Positions 12,607 to 22,435 of a DNA stretch of 64,000 nucleotides are shown piece by piece; the first letter of the stretch is position 1; each line of letters begins with the position of its first letter. The notes below the pieces were generated by a model that was not told where the DNA came from, did not search any database, and was given only the letters and a program-made list of their open reading frames with translations. Origin of the DNA: a bacterium (GTDB taxonomy: Bacteria > Desulfobacterota > DSWW01); NCBI GenBank assembly GCA_040756235.1, contig JBFLZG010000002.1, positions 32,001 to 96,000 on the forward strand. Direction: 5' to 3'. The position numbers were made by a program, and so were the translations under genes.

Positions 12607-13830
12607 ATGGCTGACGCGAGACAGGAGGAAGGTTGCCCCCCGCGGGGCGGGCGGACAGAGACCGCTGCCGCAGACACGCGCCGGCGCCGCAGACCGCATG
12701 CATCGGGCATGCACACGCGCGCGGAGGCCGCGCAGGAGCGTGCTCCTGACCGTCGGGCCGGCGAGGCCTCGGGCGCGGCCGGCCGGTCCGCGCCCGAGGA
12801 TCCGATCTCCCGTGAGCTGCCGCTATGGGAGGAGCGGGTGGCCGGGCTCGGCGAGCCTCGATTCCGCGCGGGTCAGGTCTTCGCATGGATCCACAAGAAG
12901 GGCATCCTGCGGCCCGACAGGATGGGGAACCTGCCCGGGAGCTTGCGCGAGCGGCTGGCCGATGAACCGTTCTCGTTGGCGGTGAGCCTGGAACGGGTGC
13001 TGACGAGCCGGGACCGGACGCGCAAGTTCCTCTTTCGGCTCGAGGACGGGCTCGCGATCGAGGCGGTGCTCATCCCGGAAGCCGGCCGCCTGACTCTCTG
13101 TCTCTCCACGCAGGTGGGCTGCCGCATGCGATGCGCCTTCTGCCGCACCGGCGGGCTGGGCTTCGAGCGGAACCTCCGGGCCGGGGAGATCCTGGGTCAG
13201 CATTACGCGATCCGGTCCCTGCTGAAAGATGTCGAAGGCGGCCCGGCCGTCACGCATATCGTCTTCATGGGCATGGGCGAGCCGCTCGACAACCTGGAGG
13301 AGACACGCCGGGCGCTGAGGATCCTGAGCCATCCCCTCGGGTGCGGGATGTCGCTCCGGCGCATGACGGTCTCGACGGTCGGGATTCCGGCCGGCCTGGA
13401 GACGCTCTTCCTCGAAACCCCCGTATCGATCACCGTTTCTCTGAACGCTGCGGATGACGAGACCCGCTCTCGCATCATGCCGGTCAATCGACGCTATCCG
13501 CTCGGGGATGTGCTGGAGACTCTCCGGCGCTTGCCCCTTCCGCCGCGCAGGCGGTTCACGATCGCTTACGTGCTCCTGCGCGGCGTCAACGACAGCCCGG
13601 AAGACGCGCGGCGGCTGGTCCGCTTGCTCCACGGCATCCGCTGCAAGGTCAATCTCATCCCCTTCAATCCGTTCCCCGGGACGGAATTGCAGGGTCCGGA
13701 GGAGTCCGGGATGCTTGCCTTTCAGGCCCTTCTGAGATCCAAGGGGGTGTCGGCTCACGTACGGCAGAGCCGGGGCAGCGACATCCTGGGTGCCTGCGGT
13801 CAGCTCGCCGGGGACCGACCCGACGTTTGA
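12607..13830 (+). CDS. rlmN: Dual-specificity RNA methyltransferase RlmN (start uncertain)
   Basis: STQVGCRMRCAFC radical SAM motif, MGMGEP, NLIPFNP, C-terminal GACGQL. Confidence 0.93.
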   Translation: MADARQEEGCPPRGGRTETAAADTRRRRRPHASGMHTRAEAAQERAPDRRAGEASGAAGRSAPEDPISRELPLWEERVAGLGEPRFRAGQVFAWIHKKGILRPDRMGNLPGSLRERLADEPFSLAVSLERVLTSRDRTRKFLFRLEDGLAIEAVLIPEAGRLTLCLSTQVGCRMRCAFCRTGGLGFERNLRAGEILGQHYAIRSLLKDVEGGPAVTHIVFMGMGEPLDNLEETRRALRILSHPLGCGMSLRRMTVSTVGIPAGLETLFLETPVSITVSLNAADDETRSRIMPVNRRYPLGDVLETLRRLPLPPRRRFTIAYVLLRGVNDSPEDARRLVRLLHGIRCKVNLIPFNPFPGTELQGPEESGMLAFQALLRSKGVSAHVRQSRGSDILGACGQLAGDRPDV

Positions 13831-13854
13831 AACCCGATGGAGGAGGGTAATCGC

Positions 13855-14337
13855 ATGGATCTGCAAGCCATCCAGCTGGACGTCCCTCACGAGTCGAACC
13901 TGATCTTCGGGCAAACCCATTTCATCAAGAGCGTCGAGGACCTGAGCGAGATCCTCAGGACCACGGTTCCGGGCTGCAAGTTCGGGCTCGCCTTTTGCGA
14001 GGCTTCGGGGCCCTGCCTGATTCGCCACGAAGGCAACGATCCCGAGCTGCTGGACGCAGCCATCCGGAATGCGCAGAGCGTCGGCTGCGGGCACATTTTC
14101 TTCATCCTTCTCAAGGAAGCCTTCCCCATCAACGTGCTTCCTGCCATCAAGGCCTGCCAGGAAGTCTGCACCGTCTTTTGCGCGACCGCCAACCCCGTTC
14201 AAGCCGTCGTGCTGGAAACGGCTCAGGGACGCGGGGTCATGGGCGTGGTCGACGGTTCTGCCCCGAAGGGGGTCGAGAAGAAGGCGGACCAGGAGAGGCG
14301 CAAGGAGTTCCTGCGCAAGATCGGCTACAAGGCGTAG
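13855..14337 (+). CDS. Adenosine-specific kinase-like protein (DUF355 type)
   Basis: GQTHFIKSVEDL, FCEASG, ATANP, GRGVMGVVDG, C-terminal IGYK; GGAGG RBS. Confidence 0.8.
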   Translation: MDLQAIQLDVPHESNLIFGQTHFIKSVEDLSEILRTTVPGCKFGLAFCEASGPCLIRHEGNDPELLDAAIRNAQSVGCGHIFFILLKEAFPINVLPAIKACQEVCTVFCATANPVQAVVLETAQGRGVMGVVDGSAPKGVEKKADQERRKEFLRKIGYKA

Positions 14338-14512
14338 CGGGCCCTTGAAAAGGGCCCATCTGCGGAGCCTGTCGCGAGGCTTTGCGACGCGATCCCCCGG
14401 CGCAACTGCTGCGGCGGACGACTGCAGCCGCGGGTTTCCTCGTCGTTCTCGCTGCTCGGAACAAGCCTCAAACTTCGCGCGCCTTGCATCTGGACTCTTT
14501 TGAACGGCCCGC
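14337..14512 (-). repeat. Repeat family A, copy 2 (reverse)
   Basis: CCATCTGCGG ... CGCGCCTTGCATCTGG core in reverse; terminal arms GCGGGCC...GGCCCGC. Confidence 0.85.
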
Positions 14513-14543
14513 GCATTTTGGACCCGCTTCGAATCGCTCTGCT

Positions 14544-14569
14544 CAGGGGCGACCGGCCGGTCGCCCCTG
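14544..14569. repeat. REP-like perfect palindrome
   Basis: CAGGGGCGACCGGCCGGTCGCCCCTG; variants at 14874-14900 and 15708-15733. Confidence 0.75.
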
Positions 14570-14596
14570 CTGATTCGGACATCTCGTCACCCGGAT

Positions 14597-14842
14597 GAGT
14601 GCGGTGGGTACCCCGGCGAGGAGGCGAGGGCGAGTCGCGGAGGCCGTCCCGAGTCCGATGGGCCGGTGGAACGTGGCGCTGCTTCTCGAATACCAGATCC
14701 GTCAGGCGCGTGCGTCCCGCGAACACCCGGCCCCGGACGAGGGACGAAATGGGGCCCTGCCCGAAGGGCGGCGGTCTCCGACACTGGGAGGAGAAGGGCC
14801 GGAGCGTTCTGAGCCCGAGACGACCGAGGCGGGGTACCCACC
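14597..14842 (-). repeat. Repeat family B, copy 2 (reverse)
   Basis: Reverse-complement match to 1169-1428; flanked by two REP-like palindromes. Confidence 0.85.
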
Positions 14843-14873
14843 ACACGATCCAGTCCGCCCTTCACACTTCCAG

Positions 14874-14900
14874 CAGGGGAGACCGGCCGGTCGCCCCTAC
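14874..14900 (-). repeat. GTAG-type REP-like palindrome overlapping the nfi stop codon
   Basis: Reads GTAGGGGCGACCGGCCGGTCTCCCCTG on the minus strand. Confidence 0.7.
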
Positions 14901-15592
14901 CGGCTCTTTTCCGCGTCGTTGCGCAGGCGGGTGGCCCAGAGATGCGCCTGACGTAACGGCTCGGGAAGCCGCGATCCGCGGGCTGCCCGAAGCATCCATG
15001 CCACGCTGTCCGCGAGGTCCACTAGGTGTCCCGGGGAGACGAAGACCGGCTTTACGGCGTCCCGGGTCCTCACGATCGCTCCCTGGTCCCGGTACCTGCC
15101 CGGGAGAGACACGGCAACGTGGCTGCCTTTGAGCGCACCGGGAGCGTGGGCGAATTGCGGTCCTCGGCTCGGGGGCCCCTCAGCGCAACCGATGGCAGGG
15201 AGGTTCAGCAGGAGCCCGAGGTGACTGGCCAGCCCCAGACTTCGCGGATGCAGGATCCCGTGGCCGTTGAAGAAGACGAGATCCGGCCACTTCTCCAATC
15301 GGCCCATGGCGCGCAGCAACGCGGGGCCTTCCCGGAAGGCAAGCAATCCCGGAACGTAGGGGTAGGACACGGGACCGCTGGCCAGCGCCAGGTCCACCGT
15401 CTTCCAGGTATCGACCTCCTGCACGACCACCACGGCAAGGATCTTCCTCCCGTCTCTGGAGTACGCCGCGTCGGCGCCGGCGACCTGTCCGGGCGTTGCA
15501 GGCAGGGGACAGATTCTCACCCAAGCGGCGAGAGATCTCTGGATCGCCAGAGCCGCCTCGGCAGAAGGGACGAGATCCGAATAGGCTGACAT
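14897..15592 (-). CDS. nfi: Endonuclease V
   Basis: AGADAAY, PYVPGLLAFREG, GHGILHPR, GLASHLG, PVFVSPGH, RLPEPLRQAH. Confidence 0.9.
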   Translation of the reverse strand: MSAYSDLVPSAEAALAIQRSLAAWVRICPLPATPGQVAGADAAYSRDGRKILAVVVVQEVDTWKTVDLALASGPVSYPYVPGLLAFREGPALLRAMGRLEKWPDLVFFNGHGILHPRSLGLASHLGLLLNLPAIGCAEGPPSRGPQFAHAPGALKGSHVAVSLPGRYRDQGAIVRTRDAVKPVFVSPGHLVDLADSVAWMLRAARGSRLPEPLRQAHLWATRLRNDAEKSR

Positions 15593-15707
15593 GGCGGCTG
15601 GGACTCTCGAGGGGGTGAAGGCTTGACGCGGCCGGGGATTGCAGCTACCCGACGGTAACATCCGAGCTTGTGCCCAGGCGGATGCTGCGGTGATTCGCGT
15701 CGAGGCG

Positions 15708-15733
15708 GTAGGGGCGACCGGCAGTCGCCTTTT
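15708..15733 (+). repeat. GTAG-type REP-like palindrome, possible terminator of the yhaM-like gene
   Basis: GTAGGGGCGACCGGCAGTCGCCTTTT. Confidence 0.55.
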
Positions 15734-16771
15734 CTACCCGCCGAACAGGTCCGGGGTCTCCTCTTCTGCCGCCGGCTCCGGCGCATCCTTGACGGTTGCT
15801 CCGCCACGGGCAACAGGCTCCGGCACGTAGAAGTACCGCTCGTGGACGCGATGGAACGAGGTCCAGCGCTCGGTGTCCCGAATCTCTCTCTGCACGAACT
15901 GGTGCACGCCGCAGAGCTTGGCGTCGAGGTTGTCCAGGGCGTGGAGGCACAGAGCCTCTAGTGTCTGCGGCTGCTTGGGAGAGCCGAACTCCAGCTCTCC
16001 ATGGTGGCTCGCCACGATGTGTTTGAGGTGCATCGCCAGCGGGGCGGGAAAGTCCGGGACTTCACGGATCTTCTTCTCCAGGATCTCGAGACCGATCACG
16101 ATGTGCCCCAGCAGTCTCCCTTCGTTCGTGTATTCGAACCCGAGCTCGGGGCAGAGCTCCCACGCCTTGCCCAGGTCGTGCACCAGAGCACCGGCCAGGA
16201 CGAGGTCCGCGTCCAGGAAGGGATAGTTCTGGGTCGCGAGCCCGACGAGCCTCGCCAGCGAGAGTGTGTGCTCCAGCAGCCCCCCCAGGTACGCGTGGTG
16301 CACGGACTTGGCCGCGGGGGCGCACCGGTAGGCCTTCCAGATGACAGGGTCCCTGAAGATCGCCTCGAGCAGGTGCCTGAGGAACGGGTTCTTCACTTTG
16401 CGGACGGTTCGGTTGAGCTCGCCCTCCATCTCTTCGTACGACCTCGACGAGCAGGGGAGGTAGTCCTCTTTGCGCACCCCGTCCGGGTTGGGAGTGGAAA
16501 TCCGCTGCAGCCTGATCTTGCGCTCGCCCTGGTACAGGACGACCGTGCCCTGGACCTCGATCACGTCGCCCTGAGAAAAACGCTGGCTTTCGGCCTCGGC
16601 GTTCTCCCACAGAATGCCCTCGATGCGACCCGCGCGGGTCATGAGGGCGAGCTTGAGGTAGGCCTTCCCTTCTCGCGTGAAGGCGAGCTGCTTCTCCGCC
16701 ACGAGAAACCGTTCCTGCACGGTGTCCTTTTCCCTGAGCCTGTCGAAGGGGGTCCGGTTGTCTTTGTGCAT
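15734..16771 (-). CDS. YhaM/CBF1-like OB-fold + HD-domain 3'-5' exonuclease
   Basis: N-terminal OB fold (GKAYLKL), HHAYLGGLLEHT, HDLGK, SHHG..GSP, DNLD. Confidence 0.88.
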   Translation of the reverse strand: MHKDNRTPFDRLREKDTVQERFLVAEKQLAFTREGKAYLKLALMTRAGRIEGILWENAEAESQRFSQGDVIEVQGTVVLYQGERKIRLQRISTPNPDGVRKEDYLPCSSRSYEEMEGELNRTVRKVKNPFLRHLLEAIFRDPVIWKAYRCAPAAKSVHHAYLGGLLEHTLSLARLVGLATQNYPFLDADLVLAGALVHDLGKAWELCPELGFEYTNEGRLLGHIVIGLEILEKKIREVPDFPAPLAMHLKHIVASHHGELEFGSPKQPQTLEALCLHALDNLDAKLCGVHQFVQREIRDTERWTSFHRVHERYFYVPEPVARGGATVKDAPEPAAEEETPDLFGG

Positions 16772-16979
16772 GGCCTGTGATCGAACGAAGGTTGGGTTCT
16801 TAATGGAAAAACCGGGGAGTCGTCCCGAACATCTCCGATGCCGTCACTAACCTAACATCCGGGCGCGGTGGGAAACAAGCAGGGGGCTTCACGATTTGAT
16901 CCCGGACCCTCGGTCCAGTATGCTTCCACTGGTCTTTGCACCGTTGTTTGCCGCAATCACGAATCCATCCGGAGAGGAG

Positions 16980-18689
16980 ATGACGGCTGTGGAACGAACG
17001 ACCCGCTACGACAACATTCCCGTCAACATGACCGCTCCCAACATGGGGGACTACGACGAAGTCGCCAGGAACTTCGCATTTCATGTCCCGGAAGTCTTCA
17101 ACTACGGCTTCGACGTGATCGACCGCTGGAGCGAGGACCGATCCAAGCTGGCGCTGGTGTGGGCGGACCGCACCGGACGCGACATCCGCAAGTACTCCTT
17201 TTACGATCTGAAGTGTCTGTCGAACCGTTTCGCCAACGCGCTGCGGGAGCTGGGCCTGCGCAAGGGCGACCGCCTGTTCGTCATGGTCCCGCGCGTGGTC
17301 GAGTGGTACGCCGTCCTTCTCGGGAGCTTCAAGCTCGGCGTGATCCCGATGCCGGCCCCGAACATTCTGGTGGCCAAGGACGTGGAATATCGGATCCAGG
17401 AGGCGGAAGCGGCAGGGGCCGTCGTGGCGCAGGACCACGTGGGCAAGGTCGATGCCGTGCGGGCGAAGTGCCCTTCCCTGAAACACCTCATTGCGGTCGG
17501 AGGCGCACCGGACGGCTGGTTTTCTTATGAGGACCTGATCGAAAAGGCCTCGCCGAGGCTCTCCCGCGACGAGGTGGAGGCGACCCGCTCGGAAGACATC
17601 CTGCTCATCTACTTCACCTCGGGCACGACGAAGTTCCCCAAGATGGTGCCTCATACCCAGGCCTCTTACGGGATCGGGCACATCGTCACGGCCAAGTTCT
17701 GGCAGGACCTCAAGCCCACGGACCTCCATTGGACCCTGTCCGATACGGGCTGGGCCAAGGCCGCCTGGGGCAAGCTGTACGGCCAGTGGCACATCGGGGC
17801 CGCGGTCATGATCCACGATGCGGCTGCGAAGTTTGACGCCAAGACCCACTTGGAGCTGATCGAGAAGTGCGGGGTCACGACCTTCTGCGCTCCCCCGACC
17901 GCCTACCGGATGTTCATCCTCGAGGATCTCACGAAGTTCGATTTCAGCAGCCTGCGGCACTGCTGCTCGGCCGGAGAGCCCCTCAATCCCGAAGTCATCC
18001 GGGTCTGGAAAGAGCACACCGGCACGACCATTTACGACGGCTACGGTCAGACCGAAAGCGTGAACCTGATAGCGAATTACCCGTGCATGCCGGTGAAGCT
18101 GGGTTCCATGGGCAAGCCTGCTCCCGGCTTCCACATCGAGATCCTGGACGACGAAGGCCGTCCCGTCGCCGCGGGTGTCGAAGGCCACATCGCGGTCCGG
18201 GTGAAGCCCGAACACCCCGTGGGCCTGTTCAAGGGGTACTGGAGGAACCCGGAGGCCACGTCTGAATCCTTTGTCGGGGATTGGTATTACACGGGGGACA
18301 AAGCTTACAAGGACGAGGGGGGGTATTTCTGGTTCGTGGGGCGGGCCGATGACGTGATCAAGGCCTCCGGGTATCGGATCGGGCCCTTCGAGGTCGAAAG
18401 CGCCCTTCAGAGCCATCCGGCGGTGGCGGAAAGCGCGGTCGTCGGCTCGCCGGATCCGCTGCGCGGCACGGTCGTCAAAGCCTTCATCATCCTGGCGCCG
18501 GGCTATCAGCCGTCCGAGGAGCTGACGCGCGACATCCAGGATCATGTAAAACGTAATACTGCACCCTACAAGTACCCGAGAGAGATCGAGTACGTCAAAG
18601 AGCTGCCCAAGACCGTCTCCGGGAAGATCCGCCGCGTGGAGCTCCGCAAGATCGAGGAAGGGCGTAAGTCAGCCGCCAGGGACGGATGA
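16980..18689 (+). CDS. Acyl-CoA synthetase (medium-chain/acetate-CoA ligase-like)
   Basis: YFTSGTTKFPK, YGQTE, GRADDVIKASGYRIGPFEVE, LPKTVSGKI; RBS GAGGAG. Confidence 0.92.
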   Translation: MTAVERTTRYDNIPVNMTAPNMGDYDEVARNFAFHVPEVFNYGFDVIDRWSEDRSKLALVWADRTGRDIRKYSFYDLKCLSNRFANALRELGLRKGDRLFVMVPRVVEWYAVLLGSFKLGVIPMPAPNILVAKDVEYRIQEAEAAGAVVAQDHVGKVDAVRAKCPSLKHLIAVGGAPDGWFSYEDLIEKASPRLSRDEVEATRSEDILLIYFTSGTTKFPKMVPHTQASYGIGHIVTAKFWQDLKPTDLHWTLSDTGWAKAAWGKLYGQWHIGAAVMIHDAAAKFDAKTHLELIEKCGVTTFCAPPTAYRMFILEDLTKFDFSSLRHCCSAGEPLNPEVIRVWKEHTGTTIYDGYGQTESVNLIANYPCMPVKLGSMGKPAPGFHIEILDDEGRPVAAGVEGHIAVRVKPEHPVGLFKGYWRNPEATSESFVGDWYYTGDKAYKDEGGYFWFVGRADDVIKASGYRIGPFEVESALQSHPAVAESAVVGSPDPLRGTVVKAFIILAPGYQPSEELTRDIQDHVKRNTAPYKYPREIEYVKELPKTVSGKIRRVELRKIEEGRKSAARDG

Positions 18690-18771
18690 GCCGGCGCCCG
18701 CATTTTCCGTCACAATTCCGGAAGGGATTCTGACGGGCCGGAGGTGGGAGCGCACGGAGTGGCTTTTTTCC

Positions 18772-18801
18772 TTGACAACCTTCTCGCAGCCATTGTATTT
18801 A
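18772..18801 (+). promoter_or_regulatory. Putative sigma70 promoter for the porin-qhpACB unit
   Basis: TTGACA at 18772, TATTTA 18 bp downstream; followed by inverted repeat TTCAA-N8-TTGAA. Confidence 0.45.
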
Positions 18802-18924
18802 TGGCGCCGTCTTCAAACGATTTCTTGAAACCGGGGTTCCGGCTTGCCTGCCTGCCCTAGGGGGGGTGCTTCTTCCTGTACTCGGACGGTTGGTGAAGTA
18901 CCAATCAACAGCTGGAGGAGGGAG

Positions 18925-20319
18925 ATGATGAGAAAGACAGGGTTGGCTTGGATCTGGGTTCTGGGAGTGCTGCTCGCCTTTGTGCCCAGAGGCGCACTGC
19001 ACGCAGAGGTGGCCATTCAGGAGCTGCCCACGGTCCTGGACGGTTTCTTCATCGGTGCGGACATCAATCTATTCTGGAGGTGGGACCATTACCCGTACAT
19101 GGGGAAGAGCTGGTTCCCCGCCATACAGAAGGACAACAACTGGGGCGAGATCTTCAGCAGGATTCGTTTCAAGGCCAAGAAGAACTTCGACTGGGCCGAA
19201 ACGGAAGTGCAGATTGCCCCGACCTTCACGGCCACCATCGACCAGGATGTCTATGGCGTCTGGAAGGACGACACCGATGTGGACTTCAATCAGGCCTACA
19301 TCAAGTTCGGCCAGCTTTTCGGCAGCCCCTTGACGGTCACGGTCGGCATGCAGGACATCCAGCTGGAGAAGCAGATGCTGATCGGGCTCGGCAGAACCCA
19401 GGACGTCTCCTGGTGGCTGCTGTTCAACCAGAGCTTCCCCTTCGGCGTGCGGGTGGACGGCGACTGGGGTGCTGTGAAGACCACGTCCTTCTGGGCGAGG
19501 TCGGGAACCTACTTTGCTCAGACTTTTGAGGGCAAAGAAGACGTCGAGGTTGCCGGACTCAACGTGCATTGGGACATCCTCGAGAACGCCTATCTCTATG
19601 GCGGCTTCTTCAACAAGATGGACGACACGTCGCCAGGAGCAACAGGGTTCCTCGGGCAGAGCCTGGCACAGACGGATACCCGCGCCATCGACTTCGGCGG
19701 CGACTGGACCTTCGGGCCGTTCAACATCGAAGCGGAAGCGGTCTACGAGTTCGGCGGCGTCGAGTTTGTAGCAGGCGACGACCTGGACAGGAAGTCCTTT
19801 GGCTTCTTCGTATCTCCCAAGTTCACCCTGCCGATCACCTTTTCGCCCTACATCAAGCTGCATTATATCTTCTGGCCGGGCGACGAGAACTTCGGCGATG
19901 ACGACATCGAGGAATACGACCCGATGTTCGAGGGCTGGACGGTGTGGAACCGCTGGTTCATCGGCGAGCACATGACCGAGGTGTTCGGGCTAAAGACAAA
20001 CACCATCAAGTACATCGGCGAGGTCGGCTTCTACCCGGTCGAGACTTGCCAGGTCCAGGCCATGTACATCCGGCATCAGCTCGACGAGGACTACTATCCG
20101 AACGGCGCCCTCAATCCACTGACCGACGGTGCGGGTAACGTCCTTGAGGTGTCGGAAGACTTCGCGGACGAGATCAACATCTTCATGAACTGGCAGGCCA
20201 CGGATTTCCTGTTCGTCCACTCGGGTATCGGATGCGGCATTCCCAACGACGGAGCACAGGAAATCTTCGGGAACAAGACCGCGGTCTTTGCCCAGCTTTG
20301 GCTGATGTTTGCTTTCTAG
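18925..20319 (+). CDS. Outer membrane beta-barrel (alginate-export/porin-like)
   Basis: Signal peptide, aromatic/acidic alternating strands, NQAYIK-like motif, C-terminal Phe. Confidence 0.7.
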   Translation: MMRKTGLAWIWVLGVLLAFVPRGALHAEVAIQELPTVLDGFFIGADINLFWRWDHYPYMGKSWFPAIQKDNNWGEIFSRIRFKAKKNFDWAETEVQIAPTFTATIDQDVYGVWKDDTDVDFNQAYIKFGQLFGSPLTVTVGMQDIQLEKQMLIGLGRTQDVSWWLLFNQSFPFGVRVDGDWGAVKTTSFWARSGTYFAQTFEGKEDVEVAGLNVHWDILENAYLYGGFFNKMDDTSPGATGFLGQSLAQTDTRAIDFGGDWTFGPFNIEAEAVYEFGGVEFVAGDDLDRKSFGFFVSPKFTLPITFSPYIKLHYIFWPGDENFGDDDIEEYDPMFEGWTVWNRWFIGEHMTEVFGLKTNTIKYIGEVGFYPVETCQVQAMYIRHQLDEDYYPNGALNPLTDGAGNVLEVSEDFADEINIFMNWQATDFLFVHSGIGCGIPNDGAQEIFGNKTAVFAQLWLMFAF

Positions 20320-20359
20320 AGCCTTCGGGCACTTAACCACCTAGACGGGAGGGACATTC

Positions 20360-21991
20360 ATGCGAGGATGGAAGGGGATTTGTCTGGCGTTCATCGGCTT
20401 ACTCGGATTCATCGCGATGGAGGCGTCCTCTTATGCAAAGACGCCCTTCACAGAGGGGGGGGTGGTACGGCAGAAGTGCTCGGTCTGCCACCGACTGGAC
20501 CAGCAGGGCAAGGTGGAGGTGATCGAGGAGACGCGCAAGACTCCGGAGGAGTGGTTCAACGTCATCAGCCGCATGATCCGGCTCAACGGTGCGCCGATCG
20601 GCGACCCCGAGATCAAGCCGGCCGTCAAGGAGCTCAGCCAGCACCTGATCTTGACGCCCGCGGAGATGGCCATGGTGGCCTACTACAACAGCGACGAGAA
20701 CAGCCACTTCCGCGAGAGAAGCTCTCTCATGAAGAGCGACTTCGAGAAGCGTGTGTTCCAGGCGTGCGTGCGCTGCCATGCCTACGGCAAGATCCTCTCG
20801 CACCGCCACACCGCGGCGAACTGGAAAGAGATCATGAACATGCACCTGGGCTACTATCCGACTGTGGTGCCCCAGATGCGCGAGATGGATTGGCCGAAGG
20901 AGGCCATGGACCTGGCCCCGGTCCTGGCAGAGACGTTCCCCAAGGACAGCCCGGAATTCAATACCTGGGTCGGAGCGCGCAAAGCCCAGGACCTGGCGGG
21001 CAAGTGGAAGATCGCCGGCTACCAGCCCGGGATCGGCTATTACGAGGGAACCTACACGTTCAAAGCCGACCCCAAGGCGGAGGACGAGTATCAGATCACG
21101 CGCGAAGTGCAGTACGAGAACGGTACGAGCCTGAAACAGGTGGGCACGGGTACGCTGTACGGCGAATATCATCTGCGCTACGGTCTGGTGCCCACCCAGC
21201 TCACGGGCCAGGTGGAAGGCGTGTTCGACCTGGATGCGGACGCCAAGGGCTTCAAGGGGAAGTGGTGGACCGTCGTTCAGGATACGAACGCTTTCGGCAG
21301 CGAGGTCTTCTTCAAGGCTGATGCGCCCGCCAGAGTCATCGCCGTCTTTCCGCAGGCGGTGAAGTCCGGCGGCGCGGCCCAGTCCGTGCGCATGATCGGC
21401 GTCAACCTGCCGGCCACGGTTGCGGCCGCGGACGTCACGTTCGGGGACCCCAACGTGAAGGCCAAGAGCGTGAAGCGAGCGGATGCCACGAAGCTCGTGG
21501 TCGAGGTGACGGCGGCACAGGGCGCGGCGGTCGGGCCCTGCAAGGTCCAGGTGAAGGGGGCGGCCAGCGCCGTGAACCTCGTCGTGTTCGACAAGCTGGA
21601 CGGCATCCGGGTGTTCCCTGCCCTGGGTCGGGCGCGGAATACTTGCGGCTCCGCCTATCCGCCGGAGGGCGTGCAGTTCGAGGCGCGCGGCGTGAACTTC
21701 GGCAAGGACGGCAAGGCCGAGACCGAAGACGACCTGATCCTGGAGCCGGTAGCCGCGCAGTGGGCGCTCGAAGAAGAGAAGACGGCGGACTGGGATGACG
21801 ACATCAAGTATTTGGCAGCGCCCATCGACAACGGGCTTTACACTCCGCAGGGGACCTTCGCACCGATCGAGAGCCGGCGCCAGAGAATGGCAGCGGTCGG
21901 CCTGATCGCCGTGACCGCCTCTTACCAGGACTTCAAGGGCCGGGCCCTGTTGGGTGTGACGGATGCCGACTTCGTCACGCATATCAAATAG
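20360..21991 (+). CDS. qhpA: Quinohemoprotein amine dehydrogenase alpha subunit (diheme)
   Basis: Signal peptide, CSVCH and CVRCH heme sites, RKTPEEW..RM motif, next to qhpC. Confidence 0.9.
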   Translation: MRGWKGICLAFIGLLGFIAMEASSYAKTPFTEGGVVRQKCSVCHRLDQQGKVEVIEETRKTPEEWFNVISRMIRLNGAPIGDPEIKPAVKELSQHLILTPAEMAMVAYYNSDENSHFRERSSLMKSDFEKRVFQACVRCHAYGKILSHRHTAANWKEIMNMHLGYYPTVVPQMREMDWPKEAMDLAPVLAETFPKDSPEFNTWVGARKAQDLAGKWKIAGYQPGIGYYEGTYTFKADPKAEDEYQITREVQYENGTSLKQVGTGTLYGEYHLRYGLVPTQLTGQVEGVFDLDADAKGFKGKWWTVVQDTNAFGSEVFFKADAPARVIAVFPQAVKSGGAAQSVRMIGVNLPATVAAADVTFGDPNVKAKSVKRADATKLVVEVTAAQGAAVGPCKVQVKGAASAVNLVVFDKLDGIRVFPALGRARNTCGSAYPPEGVQFEARGVNFGKDGKAETEDDLILEPVAAQWALEEEKTADWDDDIKYLAAPIDNGLYTPQGTFAPIESRRQRMAAVGLIAVTASYQDFKGRALLGVTDADFVTHIK

Positions 21992-22087
21992 TCAGGGACG
22001 AACATCAGAGACCTTTGCCGGATCGCGGCGAGGCCGGAAGAGAGGCTGACCGCGCTCCGGCGGTTGAGGAGACGAGAGGAGGATGCG

Positions 22088-22423
22088 ATGAAGAAGAAAG
22101 GTTTGAAGGCCGTCAACAGACGCGCAAGGAGACTCGAGGAGCGGGAAGTCTTCGGCATGGAAGAGATCAACGTGCTCTGGGACCAGCCGGTCGGCTGCAC
22201 CTCGGTTTTCGACACGGGGTGGGAAACGAACCCCAGGCCCACCGCGCCCATGAGCGCCTGCGTGTCCAATGCCCGGGATTACGGGAGCTGTTCCGGCCCG
22301 TGCTGGTGGCCCGCGCAGACGCCGGACAGCATGACCAATTTCTACGGGCAGCAGAGCCAGTGCCCGGCGGTCGAGAGGGACTGGAGACAGATCAACACCG
22401 CGCTCAAAATAAAGAAATACTAG
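22088..22423 (+). CDS. qhpC: QHNDH gamma subunit precursor (CTQ-bearing, thioether cross-linked)
   Basis: Basic leader (LKAVNRRA), GCTSVFDTGWE, C-x5-D, CSGPCWWPAQTPD, DWR; strong RBS. Confidence 0.93.
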   Translation: MKKKGLKAVNRRARRLEEREVFGMEEINVLWDQPVGCTSVFDTGWETNPRPTAPMSACVSNARDYGSCSGPCWWPAQTPDSMTNFYGQQSQCPAVERDWRQINTALKIKKY

Positions 22424-22435
22424 AAAGGGACGACC

